From Octopus vulgaris (taxonomy: Eukaryota), in the NCBI GenBank assembly GCA_951406725.2, contig OX597824.1:92194001-92258000 (forward strand): a stretch of DNA of 64,000 nucleotides, written 5' to 3'. The notes beneath the pieces are model-generated. The model was given only the letters and a program-made list of their open reading frames with translations, did no database searches and was not told the DNA's origin. Of this stretch, positions 12,791 through 26,824 are shown one piece after another; within the stretch, counting starts at the first letter, position 1; every line of letters begins with the position of its first letter. A program made the translations under genes and the position numbers.

Positions 12791-13436
12791 CTCCGCCGCA
12801 GCCAATATAACGATAGTCATTATGTTGGTCATCGTTTCTTTCGCGAAGCAATATCGACAAAGTAATCATTATTACACAATTTTGTATCTCTATGCCTCTG
12901 TGTATGCATGTGTATGTATGAATATATGCCTGTGTGAATATGTGCGTGTGTATGTGTTTGTGCTCGTGTGTGTCCGTCTGCGTTTGTGTCTTTGAGTTTA
13001 GTATTTTTTCCATCTCTTTCTCTTTTCTTACACTGCTGCCGGTCTTATTATTAATGACGAACTTCTGTTTGTTTACGAGTAAACTATATATCTGGTCGCT
13101 ACATGAAAATGCTAAATCTTATTACTATTCACCCGGTTACTTCATTTGCTATTTCGCATTTGATGATGTTTGCTTCCTTCATCTCATTCCCGTTGTGGTT
13201 TCTTTCTGTTCTCTGTCTTCTTATTGGTTAACATCCTTTCCAATTTTGGCACAAAACCTGTAATTCTGAGGGGGGGGGAGAAAAAAACAAACAAACAAAG
13301 TGAATAACCGGTATCTATTTTATTGAGCCGAGAGGATGCAAAAGGCAGCTGAATTTCAACTCTGGACGTAGAGAGCAAGAAAAGGGCCGCTATGAATTTT
13401 GTCCTTTACAAAAATGTTTCTGCCAGCCCCTAACCA

Positions 13437-13523
<87 letters not shown>

Positions 13524-13780
13524 TTTGACTATAATTATTATTACTATTATAGTTGTAGTTATTGTTGTTATTATTGTTGTTGTTGTTGTTGTTGTTCTTC
13601 TTCTTCTTCTTCTTCTTATTATTATTATTATTATTGTTACTAGTAGTAGTAGTAGTAGTAGTGGTAGTAGTAGTAGTAGTGGTAGTTTGACTATAATCAT
13701 TATTACTATTATTGTTGTTGTTGTTATTGTTGCTGTTGCTGTTGTTGTTGTTGTTGTTCTCCTTCTTCTTCTTCTTCTTC

Positions 13781-13822
<42 letters not shown>
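13437..13822. repeat. Duplicated compound trinucleotide unit
   Basis: Two copies of (att)n-(agt)n-ggtagtttgactataa-(gtt)n-(ctt)n. Confidence 0.9.
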
Positions 13823-13824
<2 letters not shown>

Positions 13825-14032
13825 CGTTTGAATTTAGCTTTGTATTTGTACAAGTTGGCTCCAAGTCTCATCCAGAGACCTCAAGAGACAACAAGTTAGA
13901 AGTTCATGTTGGCGTTATGCCTAAGGTGCCATGTATTTGATGTTGTTTGTACATAGTATTGTTGTAGAAAATGTTTAAGAAATCATAAGAAAATTATGAG
14001 TTTGTTTCAAAACTTGAGATTACATAGACATT

Positions 14033-14135
14033 ATTTTGACGAACCGCTAAGTTACAGTGACGTAAACACGTCAACATCGGTTGACAAGCGATAGTGGGGG
14101 TACAAACACAGACTCACACACATACACACACACCC

Positions 14136-14207
<72 letters not shown>

Positions 14208-14355
14208 GTGTATACGACGAGCTTCTTTCAGTTTCCGTCTACCAAGGCTTAAGTCGGCCCGAAGCTATAGCAAAAATACTTGCCCAATGTGCCACGCAGT
14301 GAGAGCGAACCCGGAACCATGTAGTTGCTACGCAAGCTTCCTACCACGCATCCAC
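14033..14355 (-). mobile_element. SINE family B with internal (TA)n/(TG)n tract
   Basis: gaaccgctaagttac..cggttgacaagcga..(TA)n..acgacgagcttctttcagtttccgtctacca..acttgcccaatgtgccacgcagtg. Confidence 0.85.
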
Positions 14356-14994
14356 TTCGCCGCCTTTGTAATGATTTCGTTGTTGCAGACCCCGAAAGAA
14401 CATTTTGTCGAGATTAATTGCAATTTCGATCTGCTGCTTGGCTCTCCCTTCGGTTCCCGCCATTTCTTTTTTCTTCATCTCTCATTTACTGCATTATTAC
14501 ATTACATTTTAGTTATAAAGGATTTCTTTTGAAAATGACGTGTAACAGTTATTCATGAAGTTATTTCCGAGTAAATTAATGAGATCTGATAATATTTGAT
14601 AATTTCAATGGAAATATCCGTCTCCATATTTGCATTTTATAATGAAATTGTTGAACTCATAGAGAACGAAAAAATTCATATTCTTCAATGACAACTTTCT
14701 GAATGCCTAATATCGCATTTGTAATATTCTTAACACCCTAGTTTTACCGAATTCCATATCTTTGTATCGAGGTTGTGGCTCTAATTAGTTTGTATATATA
14801 TAAGTAATTATATGGACTTTGGGTGTCTGTCTATTAGTATGTCGTTTAAAGCGCATCCTTCGTTTAAGCCGCCTGATGTCATTTATAAACATCTATGTAT
14901 ATATTCATTTATCATCTTATGATACATGCATACACACGCACACACACATACACATATACATACACACACGCATACACGCACATACCAACACTCA

Positions 14995-15420
14995 TGTACA
15001 TATCGGTGCAGTGGCGTTCGAGTGGCGAGAAGCCAAAAACGTGGTTCCAGGTTCGGGCCTACAGCGAACTTGGTCACGTGGCTTCTACTACAGCACCGCG
15101 TCTACCAAACAGTTGTGTGTGAATTTGGTAGGCGGAAAATTAAAGAAGCATGTGTATATAAGAGTGTCTGTTTGTTTGTGCGAGTGCGTGTGTCTGTGTG
15201 TGTATGTGTGTCTCTATATTTGCATCTGTTATTATCCACTACCACCGTTTCCCAACCGGTAGGAGTGTGGTTACGCTCCCGTAGCTTAGTATTTCTGCGT
15301 AATAAACCTATAGACTACGTACCCGGCTTAAAGAAAACATGTAATCGAATCGATTTATTCGACTGAAAACCTTTCCAGGCGATGCTGCTCCATGGCTGCA
15401 GACTAGTGTCGAAAACAACA
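14995..15420 (+). mobile_element. Diverged SINE family B copy
   Basis: Head cagtggcgttcgagtgg..ggttccaggttcg; 3' module atcgatttattcgact..ctccatggctgcag. Confidence 0.7.
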
Positions 15421-15450
15421 CAAATATAAAGGACACATACACACACATAT

Positions 15451-15539
<89 letters not shown>

Positions 15540-15626
15540 TGATATAAATGGTATGACAACAAAGGAAAGAGACCTCGATATTATGTAAATAGAGGAATTT
15601 ATCTGTAAATGTAATATGTGACAATT

Positions 15627-15866
15627 ATTCGGTAGCCATGATAATACACACACACACACAGACACATACACTCACATAAACAAACAGACACCCTTTTATA
15701 CCACGTACTTACTTCATTTTTCGCCTACCAAATTCACAGACAATGGTTTGGTAGACGCAGAGCTGCAGTAGAAGATACGTGCCCAAGTTCGCTGTGGACC
15801 GGAACCCGGAACCACGCTTTTGGCTTCTCACCACTCGACCACCACTGCACCGATATATGCATGTAC
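15627..15866 (-). mobile_element. Inverted partner of the diverged SINE B at 14995
   Basis: Shares private variants gagaagccaaaa and cagcgaacttgg with the 14995 copy. Confidence 0.75.
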
Positions 15867-16146
15867 ATATATGTATGGTGCACTAGTGTGTGTGTGTGTA
15901 TTAGCATAGGAATACAAGCCGTGATGTGAGCATTGATTAGCAATTTCTCATTTCCGTATGACTGCATTTGTATCATGCTCTTCACCATGCGGCAACATTA
16001 AGTCGGTCAGCCAAAATTCCATGCCTTACATGCACACATATCTCCATGCACACTCAACATTGTAGAATGCAATTGTATATTCATATACAGAAGTACAATG
16101 AAGAGAAGCTACTTCTCTGGTCATACACCATAACAAACATATATAT

Positions 16147-16206
<60 letters not shown>

Positions 16207-16271
16207 GTATATATACTAGTCCTGTAAACTCCTTCTATATATATATTGATATATACTGTGGTTAACCCCGA

Positions 16272-16371
<100 letters not shown>

Positions 16372-16379
16372 ATAAATAC

Positions 16380-16441
<62 letters not shown>

Positions 16442-16479
16442 CTTATTTACACGCATACAAGCAAATTGCGCATATAACT

Positions 16480-16898
16480 GTTGCCGTTGTTCGCTGTATT
16501 TGGTACAACGATCAGGATGTCTTTTCCTTTCTTGGCTGTATATACACCAACACACGCGCGCACACACACGCGTGCGCGCGCATTCACACATTTGATATCG
16601 TTCAATGTCTGGTTGCGCATTCAGCTGTCCACAGCAGCGGCCGCAGCAGCAGCCGTTCAAGAATTTGGACCTGGAGATCTCCATTTCCAGCGACTTCGTG
16701 GGCCACCTCCCAGTGGTGTCGGGCGTCAACGAAGAGACCTCGACTACAACAAGACGAGCAAAGTTTTTCTTTTTTTCCCAAGGTCTGGGGTCTCCCGCCC
16801 CTAAGCCCTAGACCATCGCCTAATCACCCTTACCCGTCTTGTTGCTTAACGACAACAACAACAGCAGCAGCAGCAACAGTAGCAGCAGCAGCTGTAGC

Positions 16899-16940
<42 letters not shown>

Positions 16941-16950
16941 TGTTGTAGTT

Positions 16951-16993
<43 letters not shown>

Positions 16994-17017
16994 CAGCAGC
17001 AGCAGCAGCAACAGCAA

Positions 17018-17048
<31 letters not shown>

Positions 17049-17055
17049 TGTTGTT

Positions 17056-17086
<31 letters not shown>

Positions 17087-17099
17087 CAGCAGCAGCAAC

Positions 17100-17142
<43 letters not shown>

Positions 17143-17280
17143 CTAAGGCACCAGTACCAGATGGAACGGCGTCTGCAAAAATTGGACTCGCATGAATCTT
17201 ATAACCGAAAATTTGTCACCAATCGGCATATGCTCCCGTAGAACCGGTCACGCGATCTCCTGCCCGTCCTAAATACGGTA
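16480..17280. other. CpG-rich unique island with internal (CAG/TAG)n tract; possible promoter or first (UTR) exon
   Basis: Locally high GC and CpG, non-repetitive; possible + strand donor acg|gtaaac near 17277; no recognisable protein in any frame. Confidence 0.3.
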
Positions 17281-18133
17281 AACAAATGCTGGTGTTGTTA
17301 GGAATCAATAAGAGTTTAATGGTCAGCCGAAAATGTTGCATAACTTTAAGATTTTAAATGACATCTGAACACATATAATCGTAAATTATTCTTCATCAGT
17401 TTATCTCTTCGAATTGTTGCGAACCTATCCAACAGCATCAATCTTTAAATAGATGAATGTCTGAATATTTCTCATAGGTGAAAGGTGAGAATTATATAAA
17501 ATTTTATAAATATTGAATATGATAATTATGAAGTTAACACTTAAATAATGACATCTTTTAAATGGTCGAATAATTAAGACGAAGAATTACGAGGAATATA
17601 AGATAATTTATTAAGGAAGCTGGGGGTCGATAGATTGTGAATTTGATTTCTCATTTCGATGGTTCTCTTTTATGATATCGGGTGGCTGTTGCGTGCGAAC
17701 GTAAGGCTGTTACGCCTTCTCGTATTATCTTGTCTTCGTTGTGTGAATGACAAGACAATTATGTCTCACTGTCTAAGTCAAGTTATCTGGAATTAGACTC
17801 AAAGTTGAGTTACTAAGGCTAAACTTATATTTAATGCGGACTGCCGTTTGGAAGCTGTTTGTCGAAACGCTCGAGTCTGATAGAGAAAAATTTCAAGATC
17901 GAGATACAAATGAATTTTCTCTCACGTCACTGTGTCTCAGAGATATATAATTGTGATTGCTATCATCTCTAACACCGAAAAATTTGGATTTGTGTTTTAA
18001 AGATTTCTAGGAGGCGCTTTGTCCAACATGTCGACAGCGTCTACGTTTCACAGCCAAAATGTACCATTATTAGTTTGACGATAGCAATGCACAGATCAAA
18101 TAATACGTCCCGCCAAGGGGAGCAATTTTTCCT

Positions 18134-18208
18134 GTCTGAATGGCGCAGTGGGTAAGAGCGCGGGCTACTAACCCAAAGATTCCAAGTTCGATTCCAGGTA
18201 GTGGCCTA

Positions 18209-18246
<38 letters not shown>

Positions 18247-18400
18247 TAATATCGAAAAATACCTTAGGAATGAGAACCCAGGTTCGAAATTTCCTCAAGA
18301 CACCCATGAAGGCTGGAGGGTGTGTTAGCCGAAACGTTATGTCAATAACAAACAAGATGAGGACAAATATCCGTAAAATGTAAATAATGAAAAAAAAAAA
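18134..18400 (+). mobile_element. Chimeric element: tRNA-like Pol III head + (AAT)n + hammerhead-like module + A-run
   Basis: A box TGGCGCAGTGG at 18141, B box GTTCGATTCC at 18186, (AAT)n 18208-18250, module 18251-18389 homologous to 42700-42800(-), A11 at 18390. Confidence 0.7.
18299..18343 (+). ncRNA. Minimal type-I hammerhead-like motif (core mutated)
   Basis: gacac-CCATGA-a-ggctgg/ttagcc-GAAAC-GTT-atgtc. Confidence 0.55.
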
Positions 18401-20384
18401 GAAACATATAATCGTTTCTGCTAAAAACATAAAGCCCGAAATTTGTGAGGAAGGGACGTCGACCCCAGTGGTGCACTGGTACTTAATTTATTGGCCCTGA
18501 AGAAGTGAAAGGCAAAGTCTTTTAGGCTTAACGAATATACTTTTGATCGATCGATCGATCTCCGTATAAACATATATATTGTAGTCCTCTTGAATTTCCA
18601 CTTATTAAATACATCAAAATTGACACACGCCTCTCTAAGTTCTTATTTTTCGCGATGTTAGCTCCCACCGTGTTACGGTCGCAGAAATCTGGTCTAGGTC
18701 ACGTCTTAGGGCTCCTTCAACCAGCAACTCTTCATTAGAATATAGGGATCCTTTTGTTATGAGCACGGCAACTGTTGTTTCATCACTTCTGCCATTGAAA
18801 GGCGGTTTCAGTGACGTCAAGAAGTCTTTCTTCAACACTCTTATGTCTTCCTAGGCCGTAATGCTCACGCTAAAGAAATTATCTCTTACCTTGATGTCAC
18901 CCATCACAATGTCCATTGGAAAGGTTCTGTTTTATGGTCATCTATGTCCATAGAAGGCATTGAAGAGAAATTAAAAGGTGAGGACTTCAAACGTATGTAG
19001 ACCTCCTGATACATAACGACGTTTTAAGAGAACATGACCTTTGAAACGTCTTTAGAGTTGACGTGATTATTTCCATATAGGTTTTCTGCGGATTCCACCG
19101 GATTAAGAAGCCTTCTGCTGTGTCGAAATCTCTAACTCCGGTCCAGTGTGTCTCTCTCACAAGACAAAAAGTTGATTCAGCATAGTCTCGTTTCCTTGGT
19201 GACGCTGATCAGCTTCCTATGTTGCCAAATATTCTGGACACTACGCGTGCATAAACATTGCAAGTATATTAGGCTGAAATTTGTGAAGGTTTCCATCGAT
19301 ATACATAGAGAAGGAGGGAGATAGGTAGACAGATAGAGAGAAAGAGAGAGGGAGAGAGAAAGGATGGGGAGAATATAATAGTTTACTTGTGTACGTAACA
19401 TGTATGACTGTACAATGTTTCCGTTCATTCTTTTATGCATATCCGTGCACATATATACATATATACATATGTACATATGTATGCATGTATGTGTGTATGT
19501 ATTTATGTATGTATGTATGTATGTATATATCTATATATAGATAGATACATACATATTACTACATACATGCATGCATATGTATATATGTATGTATATATAT
19601 ATATATATATATATATGAGTGTGTATGTGTGTGCATATGTGTATAGACGCTCATTCCTACTTATACAAGCATACTGACACGCATATTTATATACAAACAT
19701 GCACATATATACAGGTGTGTATATGTTCAATTGTTTCTCTGTATTATCCAGGGAGTGTATATTAGAGTAACGTCTCTTAACTCTTCCATACTAAATAATT
19801 TCATCACCGTTGTAATTCCTATGTTTATTGCAAATTATTACACAATTTGTCCCGAAACTGGTTTGAAAAGATGGCGCATCAAAAATTTAATTATCTCCAA
19901 GTTTATTTCAGATGTACGTTCTTTTAATAACTCATTTAATTTTATTCAAAATTGTGCGGCTTCGAATTAATATAATATTGGTAATATTGCAGAGATTCAC
20001 CAATGCAATATTAAATTGCAATAACATGCATGTGACATAATTTTCATATGTAAATCCATTTTTGGAAATAAATTCCTAAAGAAGAGTCAAATGAAAGCAG
20101 GCAACGGTAATATTTTGGCATGAAGTCTCGTACAGAGGATATATATATGTTTATATATTTTTCGTACATGGTGGCTGCCCCTTCGTTATCGAGAATGGCC
20201 ATTGTACGAAGCTTAATCATTGTTGTTATCGTGCAATACCTGTGCAAGAAGATTCTTTTTAAAGTGAGGAAAGGTTGTGCACTGAGTCAATCCCACTCAC
20301 TAAGCAACAGCAACCATAATCCGAAAAGAAGAACAAGTCAACATCATCGGTAACCACTGAGCCGAGATTTTATGTCAGAGTTAT

Positions 20385-20755
20385 CCCAGTTACCTGAGTT
20401 ACCTTCTCCTAGAAGGATGCCCTAACAAAGGCTAGGAGTCCTTCTCCTAGAAGGATGCCCTAACAAAGGCTAGGAGTCCTTCAATGGTTTAACCGCGCGA
20501 TCGGGTATTCAGTCCGATTATTTTCATGTCCCCGCGCATGATACAACCTTAAGACATTTATTGGATAGCCGTTGACTCTCAAGAGTTCCTCCGCCCTTTG
20601 ACGGGTTTTGTTTTTTCATCCCGCAGGGTGTCCAATAAACACCCTCCTCACCAAGCAAGCATGGTGGGGTTGCTGGTTTAGTCGCCGACGACCCGACCAT
20701 GCAGCAGGTTGTACTGGGTTACATGTTACCAGTAGCACTCGAAAGTGACCTGACA
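20385..20755 (-). mobile_element. Probable RTE-like LINE 5' UTR fragment with exact 38-bp tandem duplication (20402-20477)
   Basis: ccttctcctagaaggatgccctaacaaaggctaggagt x2; GC-rich multi-hairpin 5' end; RTE assignment rests on recalled motif similarity only. Confidence 0.45.
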
Positions 20756-20959
20756 TACATACATATATACGTACAAACACACATACAGACACAAATAAAG
20801 ATACACATACACATGAAAGAAGAGAGCTATAGTAAAGTGTGACATGCAACCAAATTGCGGATCATTTGTAGTCTCCACAATCAATTTCATTATCCATTAT
20901 AATAAGAGGGAGGGCATCAAATCGGGTTAAGCTTGTATACTGAATAAATTTACTCAATC

Positions 20960-22290
<1,331 letters not shown>

Positions 22291-22617
22291 GAAGATATGC
22301 ATATGTGTATGTATGAATGTATGTATATTATAGTAATGGTAGCACTGGTAATTTCTAAATGTAATTTCACTGCTCCTTATCCGCGACTGCTTAGCGCTGC
22401 TACAACTATATATTTTGTGAGCGGGAGGTTTGCGAATTTAAGTCACTCACCAATAGAGACTGCTCCATTATATTGCTAATGCGTTCTATCTGCTCAGGGA
22501 TATCTGAGGTCGATAGAGGGTGACATATTTTAGCAGAGACCAGACATTTTCTCCGCGGTATATTACGGTGGAATTACATATAGGAGTTCATATATGTCAC
22601 AAAAGTATTCGAAATAA

Positions 22618-23043
22618 GGTGGCGAGCTGTCAGAAACGTTAGCACGGCGGGCGAAATGCTTAGCGGTATTTCTTCTGCCGCTACGTTCTGAGTTCAAATT
22701 CCGCCGAGGTCGACTTTGCCTTTAATCCTTCCGGTGTCGATAAATCAAGTACCATTTACGCACTGGGGTCGATATAATCGACTTAATCCGTTTGTCTGTC
22801 CTTGTTTGTCCTCTCTGTGTTTAGCCCCTTGTGGGTAGTAAAGAAATAGGTATTTCGCCTGTCTTGACGTTCTGAGTTCAAATTCCGCCGAGGTCGTCTT
22901 TGCCTTTCATCCTTTCGGGGTCGATTAAATAAGTACCAGTTACGCACTGGAGGTTGATATAATCGACTTAATCCATTTGTCTGTCCTTGTTTGCCTCCCA
23001 CCCGCTATGTTTAGCCCCTTGTGGGCAATGAAGAAACAAAAAG
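22618..23043 (+). mobile_element. SINE family A dimer with 17-bp TSD
   Basis: TSD aaaagtattcg[a/g]aataa at 22601 and 23044; junction aagaaatag|gtatttcg near 22850. Confidence 0.9.
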
Positions 23044-24002
23044 AAAAGTATTCGGAATAACCCAAACATAGTTGTGTGTGTGTGTGTGTAGAATTGGTTC
23101 AGACCATATAATTTTGTATACTCTTTAAGCTTCTACCCTAAACAGAAAAAAAATAATTCATTTGTATATAAAATATATTGTTACTTACAAAACACTGCAA
23201 TTCAACAGATATCGTCGTTTTAATTATTATAGCTTTACAATTCAATAAAAAATATATCAGCGGCTCTAAGCCGCATTAACTTATATAATCTGGACATAAT
23301 GTCTAACACAGTCTCACGTTTAAATATATTTATATAATTCTTTAACATTAAATTCAATTAACGTCCAACTATTATTCATATTTATTTAATTAGTGAACTT
23401 ACACCTTCCAAATTCCTTTTAAAACTATCAATTTATTAACTTACATTAGTATATTTTTTTAAAATATAGTTTACTTTGGTTTTTCAACGCTTCTAATTGA
23501 ATAGACTGAAATGTTACATAACCAACAAATACGCCAGACTATAGAAACGTGTATTTTACATTATCTCTTATTATATCGTATTTTCGTACATTAGTTTTCA
23601 CCTATAATAATTTATATAAATAATTTGTATTCAAATGTATTCACATTTACACTTTCTCTTAATTCGATGACATGTTTTCTTAATAATGTATTTGACTGCG
23701 TAATACCAGTTTTTTTATCATCGACCAAATTATCCTCGCAAGAAGCAGGTAATTTACATATATACACACACATCTACGTATTATCGATTTGATACAACTC
23801 TGTAAAGGATAATGACATTTAAAGTTATGTAAGTAGTATAAACATATCTGAGTATATCGAGTGTGTTGGAATTTTGTTTCCAAGCAATCAAGGGATACAA
23901 TTTTGTGAAATGTATTTATTTCCAGGCTAACTTTAATACATCTACTCTATCTCACCTTTTCCCCCTTCTATTTCTGTTTCTCTCTCACTCTTTCTCCTTT
24001 AT

Positions 24003-24039
<37 letters not shown>

Positions 24040-24304
24040 CTTTCGCTCTGTCTTTCCTCTTGTGTATAAGACACACACGTACAGAAACAGGTACAGACCT
24101 TAAAACACAAGCACACACATATACATAAACGCTTGTGTGTGTGTGTGTGTGTGTATCTGTGTGTGTAGATCTTGAATACATAGCCTTCTCTCGAAATCCA
24201 GTTTAAATTGGTTGCCTGCGCCATGATTTCGATAATTGCTTTGGCGAATAGAATATGAAAAATGACGGCGTTAATCTTTTTATTTCTTGCATACAAATAT
24301 AGCT

Positions 24305-24423
24305 GCAGGCCTGGCTGTGTGGTAAGAAGCTTCTTTCCCACCCACATGGTTCTGAGTTCAGTCCCACTGGGCCGACAAAAGTGCTGTGAGTCGACTTTGT
24401 AGAAACTGAAAGAAATAACCGTC
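24305..24423 (+). mobile_element. Internally deleted SINE family B 5' part
   Basis: tggctgtgtggtaagaagctt..catggttctgagttcagtcccactg. Confidence 0.7.
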
Positions 24424-24643
24424 AAACAATCAAAATATTAAATACACCTCTCTTCCGCAAGTTATTCAGCGATCTTTCAGATGATGCTTCAGCCTATTTT
24501 ATTAAATAATTATACATAAAAATGCATCCATATGTGTGTGAGTGCGCCTGTGTCTGTGAGTTTATGTGTATATTTTTTTACGCGTGTCTGAGTTCGTTTA
24601 TATGTATATGTATATCTCCTAAAAGAGATGATATATTACTACA

Positions 24644-25024
24644 AGGCAGCGAACTGGTAGGAATGTTAGCACGCCGGGCGTAATGCTCAGCGGTATTTCG
24701 TCTGCCGTTACGTTCTGAGTTCAAATTCCGCCGAGGTCAACTTTCATCCTTTCGGGGTCGATAAATTAAATACCAGTTACGCATTGGGATCGATGTAATC
24801 GACTTAATCCGTTTGTCTGTCCTTTTTTGTCCCCTCTGTGTTTAGCCCCTTGTGGGTAGTAAACAAATAGGTATGTCGTGTATCTTTACGCTCTCAGTTC
24901 AAATTCCGCTGAGGTCGACTTTGCCTTTTTTCGGGGTCGATAAATTAAACACCAGTTGCATACTGGGGTCGATCTAATCGACTAGCCCTTTCCACTAAAA
25001 TTTCGGTGCCTAGAGTACAAAAAG
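24644..25024 (+). mobile_element. SINE family A dimer (tail type 1, then tail type 2)
   Basis: Junction aaatag|gtatgtcg near 24870; imperfect TSD gatatatt(t)acta[c/g]aag. Confidence 0.85.
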
Positions 25025-25338
25025 ATATATTTACTAGAAGTTCCTAAATGTGACACACTGTTTTGACATGTACGGTGTTGCAAACGTGACAAAGGTTTTA
25101 TTGAACATTGCTAGTTTCTATGTTATTAAGGGAGATATAGATTATGTGTGTTTGGATAATGACGGGATTGGAAGCTTGAACTGATAATAGAAGAAACTAT
25201 TCCCAAGTCTTTCTGATGTATGAAAAACATAAAGCCGTAGGCTTACATATTTAATTTAGTGATGAAAATGGAATTCATTAAACGTTTGTGAAGAAGGCTA
25301 AGTGCATTGGACAGTGGAGATAATATCGGAGAAGTGTC

Positions 25339-25376
25339 GTACTGATGACGGATATTGAACCCGAAACTCGCATTAC
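25339..25376 (+). ncRNA. Degenerate hammerhead-like motif
   Basis: gta-CTGATGA-c-gg..cc-GAAAC-tcgc-at-tac; stems are weak. Confidence 0.35.
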
Positions 25377-26469
25377 AAACTGTTCTCTTATGCCCAGGCA
25401 ATAGGTTTCTCTTTTTCCTTAATATTATGTCAACATTGGATTATTTGTCACTTCTTGTCACATGGAGTGGGTCTTAATTTCCATTTGGTGATTATGATAT
25501 CTCGTCTAAAATCAGGGATAAATCAAGAAGGGGTACCACATGTTTGTTGCTACACCTGTATTGGTGTATGTTGTTCAAATGTATACCGCTGGCTAACTCT
25601 GATTTATTTCTCGTAGTTCGTTTTCGTTTCATTCAATTATTAATTCTGGACAACAAAACGAAAGAGGGAAAACGGTGAGGTTCATATTTATCAAAATTGA
25701 ATGGGCGGAATACATTGTTGTTTGTTGTTACGATTCAATTAATAATTCTTATTTAGCTTTCATCCTAAATTTTCCTTGGGTTCTCATATTAAGTACCATA
25801 AATCTACGTCTTTAGATGAAGAAAATGGGCAGAGTAATTCCGCTGCCATTCTGATTTTAGTTATTGCTGTTGTCAGAGTGCTTTCTCCAAAATTTTGGAA
25901 ATCACTTAATCACCTGAGATCTGCCAAATTAGAATGACACCCATCGATGTTGGAATTGTCTCGCTTGCCTTCCTTGAGTGCAATTAATCATTGCAAATAA
26001 TTATAATTTTAATTAGTTAAACATTTTTAGGGCTCACTGCATTAAGCACGTTAGCTTCACTTCCATTTAAATATAACTTGACTACAGTTGAAGAGATTGT
26101 TTTCTTTCGCTTTTGCCAATTTTGTTAATATTTTTTAATTAAGAGCTAATCTTGAGCAGATTGTGTGAAAGCATCCATCTTTGCTTTCGGTTTAGAATTT
26201 CAGCAACGCGTTTTGTTCATCCATTATTGTTACATATGCACCGTGTGGTGGAATTTTTCTGCATAGATTATGTAATGTTTGTAGATTTCATTTGATTTCT
26301 TAATAAAACATTTCTATGTTTATTCTGTATTATTTAAACATTTTACTGAAGTGTAATTAGCTGCGAGCTCGGATTTTCGTTTTCACATGTAAAAGCGAGA
26401 TAAAAAAAATGAAAGAAACCAAATATTTGTTTCAATGGTCTTTATCATACTAATCAGCACACACACACA

Positions 26470-26502
<33 letters not shown>

Positions 26503-26661
26503 TGACACACAGACACACACACAAACATACACGCACTCACAGAGGAACCCACGCATGCGAACATATACAGACACTCCTAAACACGAATACACACTCGTGT
26601 GCAGGTGTCCTTATATGAAGTTATGTATGAGTGCATATGTATGTGTGTGAGCATATATCTA

Positions 26662-26698
<37 letters not shown>

Positions 26699-26779
26699 AT
26701 ATATGGTGGTCTTTCTCTCTTTCAATGCATGGATGTGTATATATATATGTGTTTGTGTGCGTGTGTGTAAGTATGTATG

Positions 26780-26824
<45 letters not shown>

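Noticed and set aside
18134-18207. Functional tRNA gene
   Set aside because: No acceptor-stem pairing, imperfect T stem and no T-run terminator; treated as a SINE head.
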